From the NCBI GenBank assembly GCA_913057155.1, contig CAJXNV010000001.1, forward strand, positions 1,354 to 65,353: a DNA stretch of 64,000 nt. Reading direction: 5' to 3'. The first letter of the stretch is position 1. Every line of letters starts with the position of its first letter. Shown one piece after another: positions 1-14,573 of this stretch. The translations under genes were made by a program, and so were the position numbers. Below the pieces are notes generated by a model. It saw nothing but the letters and a program-made list of their open reading frames with translations, made no database searches and was not told the origin of the DNA. This DNA comes from an uncultured Actinomycetes bacterium. GTDB taxonomy: Bacteria > Actinomycetota > Actinomycetes > S36-B12.

Positions 1-1190
1 GCCTTTTGTAGCGCCTCGGGGAAGTTGCGGCCGATTGCCATCGCCTCGCCCACGCTCTTCATCGTCGTCGTGAGCGTGGTGTCCGCCCCCGGGAACTTCT
101 CGAAGGCGAAGCGCGGCACCTTGACCACGATGTAGTCCAGCGTCGGCTCGAAGGATGCCGGGGTCTCTTGGGTGATGTCGTTGGGGATCTCGTCGAGGGT
201 GTAGCCGATGGCAAGGCGCGCGGCGATCTTGGCGATCGGGAAACCGGTGGCCTTCGATGCCAGCGCGGAGGAACGGGAGACCCGCGGGTTCATCTCGATG
301 ACGATCATCCGGCCGTCGTCGGGATTGATCGCGAACTGGATATTGCAGCCACCGGTATCGACCCCGACGGCGCGGATGATCGCGATACCGACATCGCGCA
401 TGTGCTGGTACTCGCGGTCGGTGAGGGTGAGCGCCGGGGCGACGGTGATGGAGTCCCCGGTGTGCACGCCCATCGGGTCGAGATTCTCGATCGAGCACAC
501 GACCACCACGTTGTCGTTGCGATCGCGCATCAACTCGAGTTCGTACTCCTTCCACCCGATGATGGATTCCTCGAGCAGCACCTCGGTGGTGGGGCTGGCC
601 TGCAGCCCGGCGCCGGCGATGCGCGCGAGATCGTCGGGGTCGTAGGCGATCCCCGAACCGGCTCCACCCATCGTGAACGACGGACGCACCACCACCGGAT
701 AGCCGAGTTCCTCGGTGGCGGAGAAGCACTCCTCGAGGCTGTGGCAGATGATCGAGCGAGCACTGGAACCACCGATCGTTTCGACGATCTCGCGGAACTT
801 CTCCCGGTTCTCACCACGTTCGATCGCATCGACATCGGCACCGATCAACTCGACGTCGTACTTCGCGAGGACCCCGGACTTGTGCAAGGCGATCGCGGTG
901 TTCAACGCCGTCTGCCCGCCCAAGGTGGGCAACAGCGCATCCGGGCGCTCCTTGGCGATGATCCGCTCCACGTAATCCGGGGTGATGGGTTCGACGTACG
1001 TGGCATCGGCGAACTCCGGGTCGGTCATGATGGTGGCCGGGTTGGAGTTGACCAAGATGACGCGCAGCCCCTCGGCCTTGAGCACCCGGCAGGCCTGGGT
1101 TCCGGAGTAGTCGAACTCGCAGGCTTGACCGATGACGATCGGACCGGATCCGATCACCAGCACCGATTCGATATCCGCCCGTCGTGACAT
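1..1190 (-). CDS. carB: carbamoyl-phosphate synthase large subunit, N-terminal ~396 aa (rest lies beyond the window edge)
   Basis: Reverse translation from ATG 1188-1190 reads [37 protein letters not shown], the canonical CarB N-terminus. The start overlaps the carA stop (ATGA). It is absent from the ORF track because it runs off the window. Confidence 0.9.
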   Translation of the reverse strand, partial: MSRRADIESVLVIGSGPIVIGQACEFDYSGTQACRVLKAEGLRVILVNSNPATIMTDPEFADATYVEPITPDYVERIIAKERPDALLPTLGGQTALNTAIALHKSGVLAKYDVELIGADVDAIERGENREKFREIVETIGGSSARSIICHSLEECFSATEELGYPVVVRPSFTMGGAGSGIAYDPDDLARIAGAGLQASPTTEVLLEESIIGWKEYELELMRDRNDNVVVVCSIENLDPMGVHTGDSITVAPALTLTDREYQHMRDVGIAIIRAVGVDTGGCNIQFAINPDDGRMIVIEMNPRVSRSSALASKATGFPIAKIAARLAIGYTLDEIPNDITQETPASFEPTLDYIVVKVPRFAFEKFPGADTTLTTTMKSVGEAMAIGRNFPEALQK

Positions 1191-2341
1191 CAGGCCTCCA
1201 CCTTTGAGCGGTGCTGTTGCATGAGGTCGGCGAACCGGTCGAACAGGTAGGCGGCATCGTGCGGCCCGGCGGCCGCCTCGGGGTGGTACTGCACGCTGAA
1301 CGCGGGGGCGTCGAGCAACTCCAAGCCCTCGACTACGTCGTCGTTCAAGCACACATGGCTCACCCGCCCGCGTCCGAAGGGGGTGTCGAATTCCTCCCCG
1401 ATCGGGGCGAGGACCGCGAAGCCGTGATTGTGCGCGGTGACCTCGACCTTCTCGGTGGCCAGATCCATGACCGGTTGGTTGATGCCCCGATGGCCGAACC
1501 GCAACTTGTAGGTGCCCAGGCCGAGCGCCCGACCGAGGATCTGGTTGCCGAAGCAGATCCCGAACACCGGGATCCGTGCGCCAAGCGCTGCTCGCATCAC
1601 CTCGACGGCATGCTCGGCCGTGGCCGGGTCCCCCGGTCCGTTGGAGAAGAACACACCGTCGGGTGCCAAGGCCGCGATCTGCTCCCAGGTGTACGAAGCG
1701 GGCACGACGTGAACGCGCATCCCACGCTCGGCCATGCGCTGGGGTGTCATGGACTTCAGCCCGAGGTCCACCGCGACGACGGTGAACCGATGCTCGGCCA
1801 GCGGTTCGACCGTGTACATCGCCTCGGTGGTGACGTCGTCGGTGAGATCCGCGCCTTCCATCGGCGGGCTGGCGCGCACGGCATCGAGCAGTTCGGCGGG
1901 AGTGCGGCTGGCTGCCGGGCCGCTGAAGATCCCCACGCGCATCGCACCGGCATCGCGCAGCCGCCTGGTCAGCGCGCGGGTGTCGATGCCGCTGATGCCG
2001 ACGATGCCGTAACTGCGCAGTTCGTCGTCCAGGCTGCGCTTGGCGCGCCAGTTGGAAGCGATCCGCGCGGGATCGCGCACCACGTAGCCGGCAACCCAGA
2101 TACGACCGGATTCAAGGTCGTCGTCGTTGACCCCGGTATTGCCGATATGCGGCGCGGTCATGATCACCACCTGCCGGTGGTAGGACGGATCGGTCAGCGT
2201 CTCCTGGTAGCCGGTCATCCCGGTCGAGAAGACGGCTTCGCCGAAGGTCTCACCGATCGCTCCGTAGGCCTGACCGGGCATCGTGGTGCCGTCCTCGAGG
2301 ACCAGCACCGCCGGCACCTTCTTGTCGCTGGAGTGGCTCAT
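1190..2341 (-). CDS. carA: carbamoyl-phosphate synthase small (glutaminase) subunit
   Basis: 383-aa ORF with the GATase active-site region VFGICFGNQ and the HNHGF motif. It sits immediately upstream of carB and is translationally coupled to it. Confidence 0.95.
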   Translation of the reverse strand: MSHSSDKKVPAVLVLEDGTTMPGQAYGAIGETFGEAVFSTGMTGYQETLTDPSYHRQVVIMTAPHIGNTGVNDDDLESGRIWVAGYVVRDPARIASNWRAKRSLDDELRSYGIVGISGIDTRALTRRLRDAGAMRVGIFSGPAASRTPAELLDAVRASPPMEGADLTDDVTTEAMYTVEPLAEHRFTVVAVDLGLKSMTPQRMAERGMRVHVVPASYTWEQIAALAPDGVFFSNGPGDPATAEHAVEVMRAALGARIPVFGICFGNQILGRALGLGTYKLRFGHRGINQPVMDLATEKVEVTAHNHGFAVLAPIGEEFDTPFGRGRVSHVCLNDDVVEGLELLDAPAFSVQYHPEAAAGPHDAAYLFDRFADLMQQHRSKVEA

Positions 2342-2937
2342 GCGCGCGCCTCGCGTGGGAAGGTGGCCATGAGCCCATCCAACACAGTGCGGTGACCGGC
2401 CGAGTCATCCGCCCGGAACCCGGTGTCGACCACCCGCTCCCCCAACTGCCAGGTAACGACCACGACGCTGTCCTTGGACCGCACCGTGGCGGCCACGCCG
2501 CTGTCCGCGCGGACCCCGAGCAGATCCGCCGCCGGGATCAGCAGCGAGGGGGCTCCTTGCCGGTGGATGGCCACACCTTCTTCGGACCAGTCCACGAAAG
2601 CGCGGCTTCGCACCCCGAGCCCGTGGGCGGCGATGCGATCGAGCCAGTCCCCGCTGACCGACGTGCCCAGGTACAGGCCCGGGAGCGCATCGGCTGTGGG
2701 CTCGGCGGGTGGTGCGTGCGGTGCGGGCACATCGGCTTGGCGCCGGATGCGGGCCTGCCAACCACGCCGCATCGCCCACAGCACCAGGGCGATCACGCCG
2801 AGCACCAGGGCCGTCCACGCCAACCGCGCCGGCCAATTGGTCACCTGCGCCTGCTCGACGAACTCCTCGGCCCGCAGCACGCCCGAGGTCGTCGTAAGCG
2901 CTTCGACAATCAGAGTGCTCATAAGAGTGCCCATCAT
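2338..2937 (-). CDS. membrane-anchored conserved protein of actinobacterial pyr operons (Rv1382-like, PH-like C-terminal domain)
   Basis: 199-aa ORF with one hydrophobic helix ([18 protein letters not shown]). It has 4-nt overlaps with the pyrC stop and the carA start. The position between pyrC and carA matches the mycobacterial pyr operon layout. Confidence 0.6.
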   Translation of the reverse strand: MMGTLMSTLIVEALTTTSGVLRAEEFVEQAQVTNWPARLAWTALVLGVIALVLWAMRRGWQARIRRQADVPAPHAPPAEPTADALPGLYLGTSVSGDWLDRIAAHGLGVRSRAFVDWSEEGVAIHRQGAPSLLIPAADLLGVRADSGVAATVRSKDSVVVVTWQLGERVVDTGFRADDSAGHRTVLDGLMATFPREARA

Positions 2938-4262
2938 GCGAGGCCCCCGTCGACCACGCTCGGGCGGCCACGAAAGAGCACATGGCGCACCGCACCGGGC
3001 AGGGTGAACCCGGCGTAGGGGGTGTTGCCGCTGCGCGATGCCAACCGCTCGCCGCTGACCGTCGTCTCGACGGACGGATCCCAGATCGCGAGGTTCGCGA
3101 TGGATCCCGGCTCGATCGGCTGGCCTTGGTCGGCCACCTGTCCGATCCGCGCCGGTGCAACGGACATCAACTGCGCGATCGCCTGCCAGTCGGTCGAGTC
3201 GGTTGCGTCCGCGCCCCCGTCAGCGCTACCGGAGTTCTCATCGCGGGTCACCACCTGCGCGGCGATGCCCAAGGCGGTTTCCAGCCCGAGCATGCCCATC
3301 GCGGCCGCTGCCCACTCGCAGTCCTTGTCCTCGCGGGGATGCGGGGCGTGGTCGGTGGCGATGATGTCGATGGTGCCGTCGAGCACCGCGGCGCGCAGCG
3401 CTTCGACATCCGCACGCCGCCGCAGCGGCGGGTTGACCTTGTACACCGGATCGAAGGTGCTCACCAACTCCTCGGTGAGCAGCAGGTGGTGCGGGGTGGC
3501 CTCGGCGGTTACCGGCATCCCGCGGGACTTCGCCCAGCGGATGACCTCGACCGAACCCGCGGTGGACACGTGGCACACGTGCAGGCGGGAGCCGGTGTGC
3601 GCGGCGAGCAGGACGTCGCGGGCGATGATGGATTCCTCCGCCACCGCCGGCCATCCAGCCAGGCCCAACCGCCCGGACAGCTCGCTCTCGTTCATCTGCG
3701 CGCCCTCGGTCAGCCGCGGATCCTGCGCATGCTGGGCGACCACACCGTCGAAGGCCTTCACGTACTCCAGGGCCCGGCGCATCAACAGTGGATCGTGGAC
3801 GCACAGGCCGTCGTCGCTGAATACCCGCACCGCGGCCGCGCTGCTGGCCATCGCGCCGAGTTCGGCCAGTTGTCGGCCCTCGAGTCCAACGGTCACCGCG
3901 CCGACCGGGCGAACGTCCACCAGGCCGCACTCGATCCCGCGGCGCCAGACCTGCTCGACCACACCGGCGGTATCCGCGACCGGTGAGGTGTTCGCCATGG
4001 CGTGCACGCAGGTGAAACCGCCGAGGGCCGCGGCCTGGGAGCCCGATTCGATGGTCTCGGCGTGCTCCCTGCCAGGTTCGCGCAGGTGGGTGTGCAGATC
4101 CACGAGCCCGGGCAGCACCACGCACCCTTGCGCATCGAGCACCCGATCCGCCGTGGCGGTGCCGACCTCGGCGATCGCGGCGATGCGATCACCCTCGATC
4201 ACGATGTCCACCGGCTCTTGCCCGTACGGCCTACCGGCGCGCACCAGGATCGAATCGCTCAT
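2934..4262 (-). CDS. pyrC: dihydroorotase
   Basis: Motifs [17 protein letters not shown] and ATDHAPH. I start it at [10 protein letters not shown] (ATG 4260-4262), which overlaps the pyrB stop as ATGA. The 557-aa track ORF is an upstream over-extension into pyrB. Confidence 0.92.
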   Translation of the reverse strand: MSDSILVRAGRPYGQEPVDIVIEGDRIAAIAEVGTATADRVLDAQGCVVLPGLVDLHTHLREPGREHAETIESGSQAAALGGFTCVHAMANTSPVADTAGVVEQVWRRGIECGLVDVRPVGAVTVGLEGRQLAELGAMASSAAAVRVFSDDGLCVHDPLLMRRALEYVKAFDGVVAQHAQDPRLTEGAQMNESELSGRLGLAGWPAVAEESIIARDVLLAAHTGSRLHVCHVSTAGSVEVIRWAKSRGMPVTAEATPHHLLLTEELVSTFDPVYKVNPPLRRRADVEALRAAVLDGTIDIIATDHAPHPREDKDCEWAAAAMGMLGLETALGIAAQVVTRDENSGSADGGADATDSTDWQAIAQLMSVAPARIGQVADQGQPIEPGSIANLAIWDPSVETTVSGERLASRSGNTPYAGFTLPGAVRHVLFRGRPSVVDGGLA

Positions 4263-5224
4263 CGATCGGCTCCTTCCACCATGAGTTCCTCGGGGCGGCC
4301 ACCGAGCAGCAGGTACAGCACCGCCATGCGCACGTGCACCCCGTTCGTCACCTGCTCGACCACCACGGCCCGCGGCGAATCGGCGACCTCGGCGGAGATC
4401 TCCACCCCACGGTTCATCGGCCCCGGGTGCAAGACGATCGCCTCGTCCGGCATCAAGGCCATCCGCCGGGAATCGAGTCCGTAGCGCCGGGAGTACTCGA
4501 GCTCGTTGGGAAAGTACGAACCGGCCATGCGTTCGGCTTGCACGCGCAGCATCATCACCGCATCGACGTGCGGCAGGACATCGTCGATGTCGTAACTGAC
4601 ATCGCACGGCCAGGTGTGCACGCCGTAGGGCAGCAAGGTCGGTGGCGCAACCACCGTGACCTGCGCGCCCAGCGTGCGCAGCAGCGCCACATTCGAACGC
4701 GCCACACGGCTGTGCAGGATGTCGCCGACGATCGCTACGCGAGCGCCCGCTAAGTCACCGCTCCCGGCTCGCAGGTGGTTGCGCAGCGTGAAGGCATCGA
4801 GCAGCGCCTGGGTGGGGTGCTCGTGGGTGCCATCACCGGCGTTGATCACCGAGCCTTGGATCCAGCCGGCATTCGCCAAGCGGTAAGGAGCACCGGAAGC
4901 ACCGTGGCGGATGATGACGGCGTCGGCTCCCATCGCCTCGAGCGTCAACGCCGTGTCCTTCAAACTCTCGCCCTTGGACAGCGAGGACCCCTTGGCCGCG
5001 AAGTTGATCACATCGGCCGATAGCCGCTTGGCCGCGAGCTCGAAGGAGATCCGGGTGCGCGTGGAATCCTCGAAGAACAACGTGACCACCGTGCGCCCGC
5101 GCAACGTGGGCAGCTTCTTGACCGATCGGTCGGTCACGGTCGCCAATTCCCCCGCGGTATCCAGGATGCGAACGGCGTCGGCCGACGTCAGATCCTGCGC
5201 CGAGAGCAGATGACGACCGATCAC
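4259..5224 (-). CDS. pyrB: aspartate carbamoyltransferase catalytic subunit
   Basis: Motifs [17 protein letters not shown] and HPGPMNRG. The likely start is GTG 5222-5224 (VIGRHLLS), which overlaps the pyrR stop as GTGA. The alternative start is 5266. Confidence 0.92.
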   Translation of the reverse strand: MIGRHLLSAQDLTSADAVRILDTAGELATVTDRSVKKLPTLRGRTVVTLFFEDSTRTRISFELAAKRLSADVINFAAKGSSLSKGESLKDTALTLEAMGADAVIIRHGASGAPYRLANAGWIQGSVINAGDGTHEHPTQALLDAFTLRNHLRAGSGDLAGARVAIVGDILHSRVARSNVALLRTLGAQVTVVAPPTLLPYGVHTWPCDVSYDIDDVLPHVDAVMMLRVQAERMAGSYFPNELEYSRRYGLDSRRMALMPDEAIVLHPGPMNRGVEISAEVADSPRAVVVEQVTNGVHVRMAVLYLLLGGRPEELMVEGADR

Positions 5225-5787
5225 TGGCCCACCTGCGCGATGGTCACCGAATCGTCGTCGTCGCACTCGGTGAGGTGCACGTGCACCGTCTCGCTTTGCG
5301 AAGTGGGCAGGTTCTTGCCGATGAAGTCCGGGCGGATCGGTAGTTCGCGATGGCCCCGGTCGACGAGCACGGCGAGCCTGACCGCGGCGGGACGACCGAC
5401 ATCGGCGAGGGCATCGAGGGCGGCCCTGATCGTGCGACCGGAGTACAGGACATCGTCGACGAGCACCACGACCCGTCCGTCGATGCCTTCGGGGGGAATG
5501 CTCGTGGGTTCCAGGGCGCGCACCTCGCGAAGCCGCAGGTCGTCGCGATACAAGGTGATGTCCAAGGACCCGCAGGGCACACCCTGGCCGTCGATCGCTT
5601 CGCTTTCCTCGATCTCTTCGATCTGCCGGATCGCCGCCGCGATACGTCGGGCGAGATAGACGCCGCGGGTGGGTATTCCCAAGATCACGAGATCGTCGAC
5701 ACCCTTGGCCGATTCCAGGATCTCGTGGGACATCCGTCGTACCGCGCGCCGCACGTCCGACGCGTCGAGCACTGTGCGCTCAGGCAC
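5221..5787 (-). CDS. pyrR: bifunctional pyrimidine operon regulator / uracil phosphoribosyltransferase
   Basis: 188-aa ORF with the PRPP-binding loop [18 protein letters not shown]. It is the first gene of the pyr operon and uses a GTG start. Confidence 0.93.
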   Translation of the reverse strand: MPERTVLDASDVRRAVRRMSHEILESAKGVDDLVILGIPTRGVYLARRIAAAIRQIEEIEESEAIDGQGVPCGSLDITLYRDDLRLREVRALEPTSIPPEGIDGRVVVLVDDVLYSGRTIRAALDALADVGRPAAVRLAVLVDRGHRELPIRPDFIGKNLPTSQSETVHVHLTECDDDDSVTIAQVGQ

Positions 5788-5840
5788 CGATCACCTTCCC
5801 CTTCCCCGCCTCTCGGGACGGGCTTAAAGGACCAGTCCCA
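5788..5840 (-). promoter_or_regulatory. PyrR-binding RNA hairpin in the pyrR leader, adjacent to or overlapping the Shine-Dalgarno sequence
   Basis: The minus-strand RNA reads GGUCCUUUAAGCCCGUCCCGAGAGGCGGGGAAGGGGAAGGUGAUCG-GUG. It contains CUUUAA plus GUCCCGAGAGGC, close to the PyrR binding-loop consensus ARUCCAGAGAGGYU. Stems CCUU/AAGG and CCCG/CGGG end 7-20 nt before the start codon. Confidence 0.7.
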
Positions 5841-5850
5841 AACCTACACC

Positions 5851-5969
5851 CCCGCGAACTTGCTGCCTGGGGGCGCGAACTTGCTGCCTGGGGGCGCGAA
5901 CTTGCTGCCTGGGAGCGCGAACTTGCTGCCTGGGGGCGCGAACTTGCGCAAATGGCGCCCGACTTTGCG
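5851..5969. repeat. left array of 21-bp-period tandem repeats (core GCGCGAACTTGCTG x4, then GCGCGAACTTGCGC, then a degenerate unit)
   Basis: Cores start at 5853, 5873, 5894, 5915 and 5936, with a degenerate unit at 5955-5969. The period is exactly 21 bp and the spacer is CCTGGGG. Confidence 0.95.
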
Positions 5970-6043
5970 ATGCCGTGCAGGACGCGTGCCGTCGTCGTAA
6001 TCGTCCTTTGCCCCTGGTACCAATGTGATCAATGAGGTGCGAA

Positions 6044-6141
6044 GCGCAAAGTCGGCTCCCAAGAGCGCAAGTTCGCGCTGTCAATCAGCAAGTTCGCGCT
6101 GTAGGTCAGCAAGTTCGCGCCGTAGGTCAGCAAGTTCGCGG
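6044..6141. repeat. right array of the same repeat in inverted orientation (core CAGCAAGTTCGCGC)
   Basis: Cores at 6044, 6065, 6086, 6107 and 6128 with a 21-bp period and spacers TGTAGGT, CGTAGGT and TGTCAAT. They are the reverse complement of the left-array cores. The array abuts the pyk stop codon (6142-6144). Confidence 0.95.
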
Positions 6142-7575
6142 TTAGACGCCGCCGCCGGGGCCGGCGCTGCCGATCTTGTGCACGCGCATCCCGTTGGTGG
6201 TTCCCGGGATGCCCGGCGGGACGCCAGCGACGATAACCACGCGCTCCCCCACGCTCGCCCGACCGATCTCCAGCAGCGCCTTGTCGACCTGCTGGACCAT
6301 GTCGTCGGTGTGCCGAACCTGCGGCACTAGGAACGTCTCGACTCCCCACACCAACGCGAGCTGGCTGCGCACCCGCGGGTTGGGCGTGAACGCCAACAGC
6401 GGGGTGTCGCAGCGCCAGCGGGCGATGAGCCGGGCCGAGCGCCCGGTCTCGGTGAAGGCGATCAGGTGCGAACCACCGACGTACTGCGCGACATCGACCG
6501 CGGCCCGCGTCATCGCGCGCGCGGTGGAACCGTGCACCTCCTCTTGCAGCGGTGGCAGTCGATCGAGGGCCTCGGACTCGACGTGCTCGATGATCGTGGA
6601 CATCGTCTGCACCACGAGGGCCGGGTTATGGCCGACGCTGGTCTCTCCGGAGAGCATGAGCGCATCGGCGCCGTCGAGGACGGCATTGGCGACGTCGCTG
6701 GCCTCCGCGCGGGTCGGTCGGCTGGCACTGATCATCGAGTCGAGCATCTGGGTCGCGACGATGACCGGCTTGCCGGCTTCCCGGCACTTTTGGATCGCGC
6801 GCTTTTGCACCAGGGGCACTTGCTCCAGCGGCAGTTCGACACCGAGGTCACCGCGCGCGACCATGATGCCGTCGAACGCTTGGACGATCTCCTCGAGGTT
6901 GTCGATCGCCTGCGGCTTCTCGACCTTCGCGAGCACCGGGACGCTGATGCCCTCGTTCTCCATGATGGCGTGGACTTCCTTGGCGTCGGCGGCCGAGCGC
7001 ACGAAGGACAGCGCCACCATGTCCGCGCCCATCCGCAGCGCCCAACGCAGATCCTCGACGTCCTTGTCCGAAAGCGCCGGCACGCTGACCGGGACACCGG
7101 GCAGGTTGAAGCCCTTGTGGTCGGAGACCCGTCCACCCTCGATCACGGTCGTATGCACGCGGGGCCCGTCCACCTTCGTGACCTGCAACTCGATGCGGCC
7201 GTCGTCGACGAGGACGAGGTCCCCGGGTGTGACGTCGCTCGGCAGGCCGGTGTGGGTGGTGGAGACCATGTGTCGATCGCCGGGGACGTCCTCGGTGGTG
7301 ACGATGAACTCCGCGCCGGATTCGAGCAGGACCGGGCCCTCGGCGAAGGTGCCCAACCGGATCTTGGGGCCTTGCAGGTCGACCAGGACCCCGACCCCGC
7401 GGCCGCTGGCATCGCTGGCCTGGCGCACGGCCAGGTAGGCCTGGCGGTGCACATCGTGGGTGCCGTGGGACAGGTTCAGCCGGGCGACATCCATCCCGGC
7501 ATCCACCAGTTCCCGGATCTGCTCGGGCGTGGAAACCGACGGGCCCAACGTGGCCACGATCTTGGCTCGGCGCAT
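6142..7575 (-). CDS. pyk: pyruvate kinase
   Basis: 477-aa ORF with N-terminus MRRAKIVATLGPS, plus NLSHG and MVARGDLGVE motifs. Confidence 0.95.
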   Translation of the reverse strand: MRRAKIVATLGPSVSTPEQIRELVDAGMDVARLNLSHGTHDVHRQAYLAVRQASDASGRGVGVLVDLQGPKIRLGTFAEGPVLLESGAEFIVTTEDVPGDRHMVSTTHTGLPSDVTPGDLVLVDDGRIELQVTKVDGPRVHTTVIEGGRVSDHKGFNLPGVPVSVPALSDKDVEDLRWALRMGADMVALSFVRSAADAKEVHAIMENEGISVPVLAKVEKPQAIDNLEEIVQAFDGIMVARGDLGVELPLEQVPLVQKRAIQKCREAGKPVIVATQMLDSMISASRPTRAEASDVANAVLDGADALMLSGETSVGHNPALVVQTMSTIIEHVESEALDRLPPLQEEVHGSTARAMTRAAVDVAQYVGGSHLIAFTETGRSARLIARWRCDTPLLAFTPNPRVRSQLALVWGVETFLVPQVRHTDDMVQQVDKALLEIGRASVGERVVIVAGVPPGIPGTTNGMRVHKIGSAGPGGGV

Positions 7576-7598
7576 GGCCGCATTCTATGCGTAAACGG

Positions 7599-9045
7599 TT
7601 ACACCATCAGTGGCCGCGCCGATGCCCGGATGGGCGAGGGCAGGTTGGTCGTGCCCATCAGGTAGCGGTCGACGCTCGCAGCGGCGGCACGTCCCTCCGC
7701 GATCGCCCACACGATCAGCGATTGACCGCGGCCGGCGTCGCCGGCGACGAAGACGCCCTCGACATCGGTCGCGTACTCGTCATCGCGGGCGATCGCGCCG
7801 CGTTCGGTGAGCGGCAGACCGAACTGCTCGATCAGCGGCCCCTGCTCCGGTCCGGTGAAGCCCATGGCCAACAGCACGGTGTCGGCCGGGATGCTGCGCT
7901 CGCTGCCGGCGACCGGCTGGAAGGAACCATCGACGAACTCGACGTCGACTAGGTGCAACGAGCGCACGTGTCCGTCGGCATCGCCCTCGAAACGCTCGGT
8001 GGACACCGCGAACATGCGTTCGCCGCCCTCCTCGTGGGCGCTGGAGACCCGGTAGGTCATCGGGAAGGTCGGCCACGGCTGGCTCGCGGGTCGCTCATCG
8101 GAGGGCCGCGGCATGATCTCCAACTGGGTGACGCTCGCCGCCCCTTGCCGGTGCGCCGTGCCTAGGCAATCGGCTCCGGTGTCGCCGCCGCCGATGATGA
8201 CGACGTGCTGACCCTCGACATCGAGGGGGGATTCCTCGAGATCGCCTTCTTGGACCTTGTTGGACCAGGGCAGGAACTCCATCGCCTGGTAGATGCCGGT
8301 GAGTTCGCGTCCGGGGATCGGCAGGTCACGCCACGCGGTAGCGCCGGTGGCGATCACGATGGCGTCGTAGCGCCGCCGCAGATCCGAGACGGTGACATCC
8401 ACCCCGACCTCGACGTTCGGCCGGAACTTAACGCCCTCGGCCTCCATCTGCTCCAGCCGCTGATCGAGGTGACGCTTTTCCATCTTGAATTCCGGGATGC
8501 CGTAGCGCAGCAACCCGCCGATGCGGTCACCTCGTTCGTAGACGGCGACGGTGTGTCCGGCGCGCGCGAGCTGCTGGGCTGCGGCCAGTCCGGCCGGACC
8601 CGAGCCGATGACGGCGACCGTCTTCCCGGTGAGCGATTCCGGCGGCTGGGGCGTGATCCACCCCGATTGCCAAGCGCGATCGACGATCGCCACTTCGACC
8701 TGCTTGATGGTGACCGGTTCGGCGTTGATGCCCAGCACGCACGCCGCCTCGCAAGGAGCCGGGCACAGCCGCCCGGTGAACTCCGGGAAGTTGTTCGTGG
8801 CGTGCAAACGCTCGATCGCCTGACCCCAGTCGCGGTCGTAGATGAGGTCGTTCCACTCGGGGATCAAGTTGCCCAGCGGGCAACCTTGGTGGCAGAACGG
8901 GATGCCGCAATCCATGCAGCGCCCGGCCTGCTTCTCCAGCGAGCGGGCATCGAACTCCTCGTAGACCTCCGACCAGTCCTTGATGCGCACATCGACCGGA
9001 CGCCGCTTGGGCAGCTCCCGCTCGGTGGTCAAGAAACCGCGTGGA

Positions 9046-9053
<8 letters not shown>
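7599..9053 (-). CDS. gltD: glutamate synthase (NADPH) small subunit
   Basis: 484-aa ORF with the Fe-S Cys cluster [10 protein letters not shown] and the dinucleotide fold [18 protein letters not shown]. It overlaps the gltB stop by 8 nt. Confidence 0.93.
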
Positions 9054-13584
<4,531 letters not shown>

Positions 13585-13703
13585 GGTAGGCCTTTCGTCG
13601 TCGTCACTGTTGCCCTATGCACGGCTAATCGCCCCCGCGAGAAGGCCGCGGGTGTAGCCGGTGTTGCGAGCACGGGACGACGTTGGCCCGTGGGGTGGAA
13701 ATG

Positions 13704-14570
13704 CTACCGGGAGGTGGGGTTGCTGTCCTCAGGGGAGCCGGCTTGCGTGTCGGCGTCGGAATCCGCAGGCGTGAGCTCCTCGCGGCCCGGGCGGGTGCGA
13801 GCCGACCACACCAGGTACACCAGGGCACCGATGCCCACCAGGATGGAGGTCCAGACGTTCAAGCGCAGTCCCCCGACGGTGTTGACGGGGTCGATCCGCA
13901 AGGCCTCGATCCACCCACGACCGGTGACGTACAACAGCACGTACAGGGCGAATACGCGTCCGTGTCCCATCGTGAAGCGGCGATCGGCCCAGATGACCAC
14001 GACGGCGACCCCGACCAGCCACAGGGACTCGTACAGGAAGGTCGGGTGGAAGGTCGCGAACTCCTCGTAGCCGGCGGGGCGTTTGGCCTCGTCGATCTGC
14101 AGCGCCCAGGGCACATCCGTCGGTCGCCCGAACAGTTCCTGGTTGAACCAGTTGCCCCACCGGCCGATGGCCTGCGCGAGGGCGATGCCCGGGGCGATGG
14201 CGTCGGCGATCGGTGGCAGCGCCACATGGTGGCGACGCGCGGCGATCCATGCACCCAGCCCGCCCACGGCCACAGCGCCCCAGATGCCCAGGCCGCCGTC
14301 CCAGATCCGTAGGGCCGCGACGAAGCCGCGACCATCGGGGCCGAAGTAGATCTGCCAGTCGCTGAGCACGTGATAGATCCGACCCCCGACGATGCCGAAC
14401 GGCACGGCCCATAGCGCGATATCGGTGATCAGTCCGGGCGTTCCCCCGCGGGCGACGTAACGCTTGTTGCCCAGCCAGATGGCAACGACGATGCCCAGGA
14501 TGATGGCCAGGGCGTAGGCCCGAAGCGGTACCGGCCCTAAGTTCCAGGCGGCTTGGTCGGGACTGGGCAC
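13704..14570 (-). CDS. lgt: prolipoprotein diacylglyceryl transferase
   Basis: 288-aa polytopic membrane ORF with N-terminus PSPDQAAWNLGPVPLRAYAL and the GGRIYH motif. Its position downstream of trpA is the usual one in actinobacteria. Confidence 0.9.
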   Translation of the reverse strand: MPSPDQAAWNLGPVPLRAYALAIILGIVVAIWLGNKRYVARGGTPGLITDIALWAVPFGIVGGRIYHVLSDWQIYFGPDGRGFVAALRIWDGGLGIWGAVAVGGLGAWIAARRHHVALPPIADAIAPGIALAQAIGRWGNWFNQELFGRPTDVPWALQIDEAKRPAGYEEFATFHPTFLYESLWLVGVAVVVIWADRRFTMGHGRVFALYVLLYVTGRGWIEALRIDPVNTVGGLRLNVWTSILVGIGALVYLVWSARTRPGREELTPADSDADTQAGSPEDSNPTSR

Positions 14571-14573
14571 GTC

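Noticed and set aside
168-1187. Long plus-strand ORFs antisense to annotated minus-strand genes, for example 168..1187, 2982..3986, 3022..4284, 6176..7438, 33427..34626, 34523..36076, 35281..36576 and 47841..49298. The minus-strand ORF 61195..62232, antisense to helD, is the same kind of case.
   Set aside because: These are typical shadow ORFs of high-GC DNA. They are Arg/Gly/Pro/His-rich low-complexity translations with no recognisable motifs. Each lies opposite a gene with unambiguous conserved motifs.
2934-4607. 5'-extended versions of many track ORFs: pyrC 557 aa, trpA 382 aa, HK 518 aa, RR 290 aa, hisI 174 aa, hisF 307 aa, yggS 371 aa, murD 671 aa, murG 379 aa and ftsW 443 aa.
   Set aside because: The extensions run through the upstream gene in another frame and encode Arg-rich junk. 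In each case a start codon forming an ATGA or GTGA overlap, or preceded by an SD, gives an N-terminus that matches the family.
5844-6062. 72-aa ORF encoding PPGSKFA heptad repeats across the left 21-bp array. The 21-bp period is a multiple of 3, which prompted the check.
   Set aside because: It has a TTG start and no SD. By eye the unique (non-repeat) part has only ~60% GC3, against ~80-90% in neighbouring genes. The mirror array on the other side is not in a matching ORF. I treat it as non-coding.
5851-6141. Interpreting the 21-bp-period arrays as CRISPR.
   Set aside because: The spacers are only 7 bp and essentially identical within each array. The two arrays are mutual inverted repeats. 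No cas genes are present in the window.
13585-13625. A GlnR-box-like sequence (GTGAC-N6-GAAAG) immediately upstream of gltB.
   Set aside because: Only one half-site pair is present and it overlaps the SD (GAAAGG), so the match is probably fortuitous. It would need a PWM scan and ChIP data before being called.
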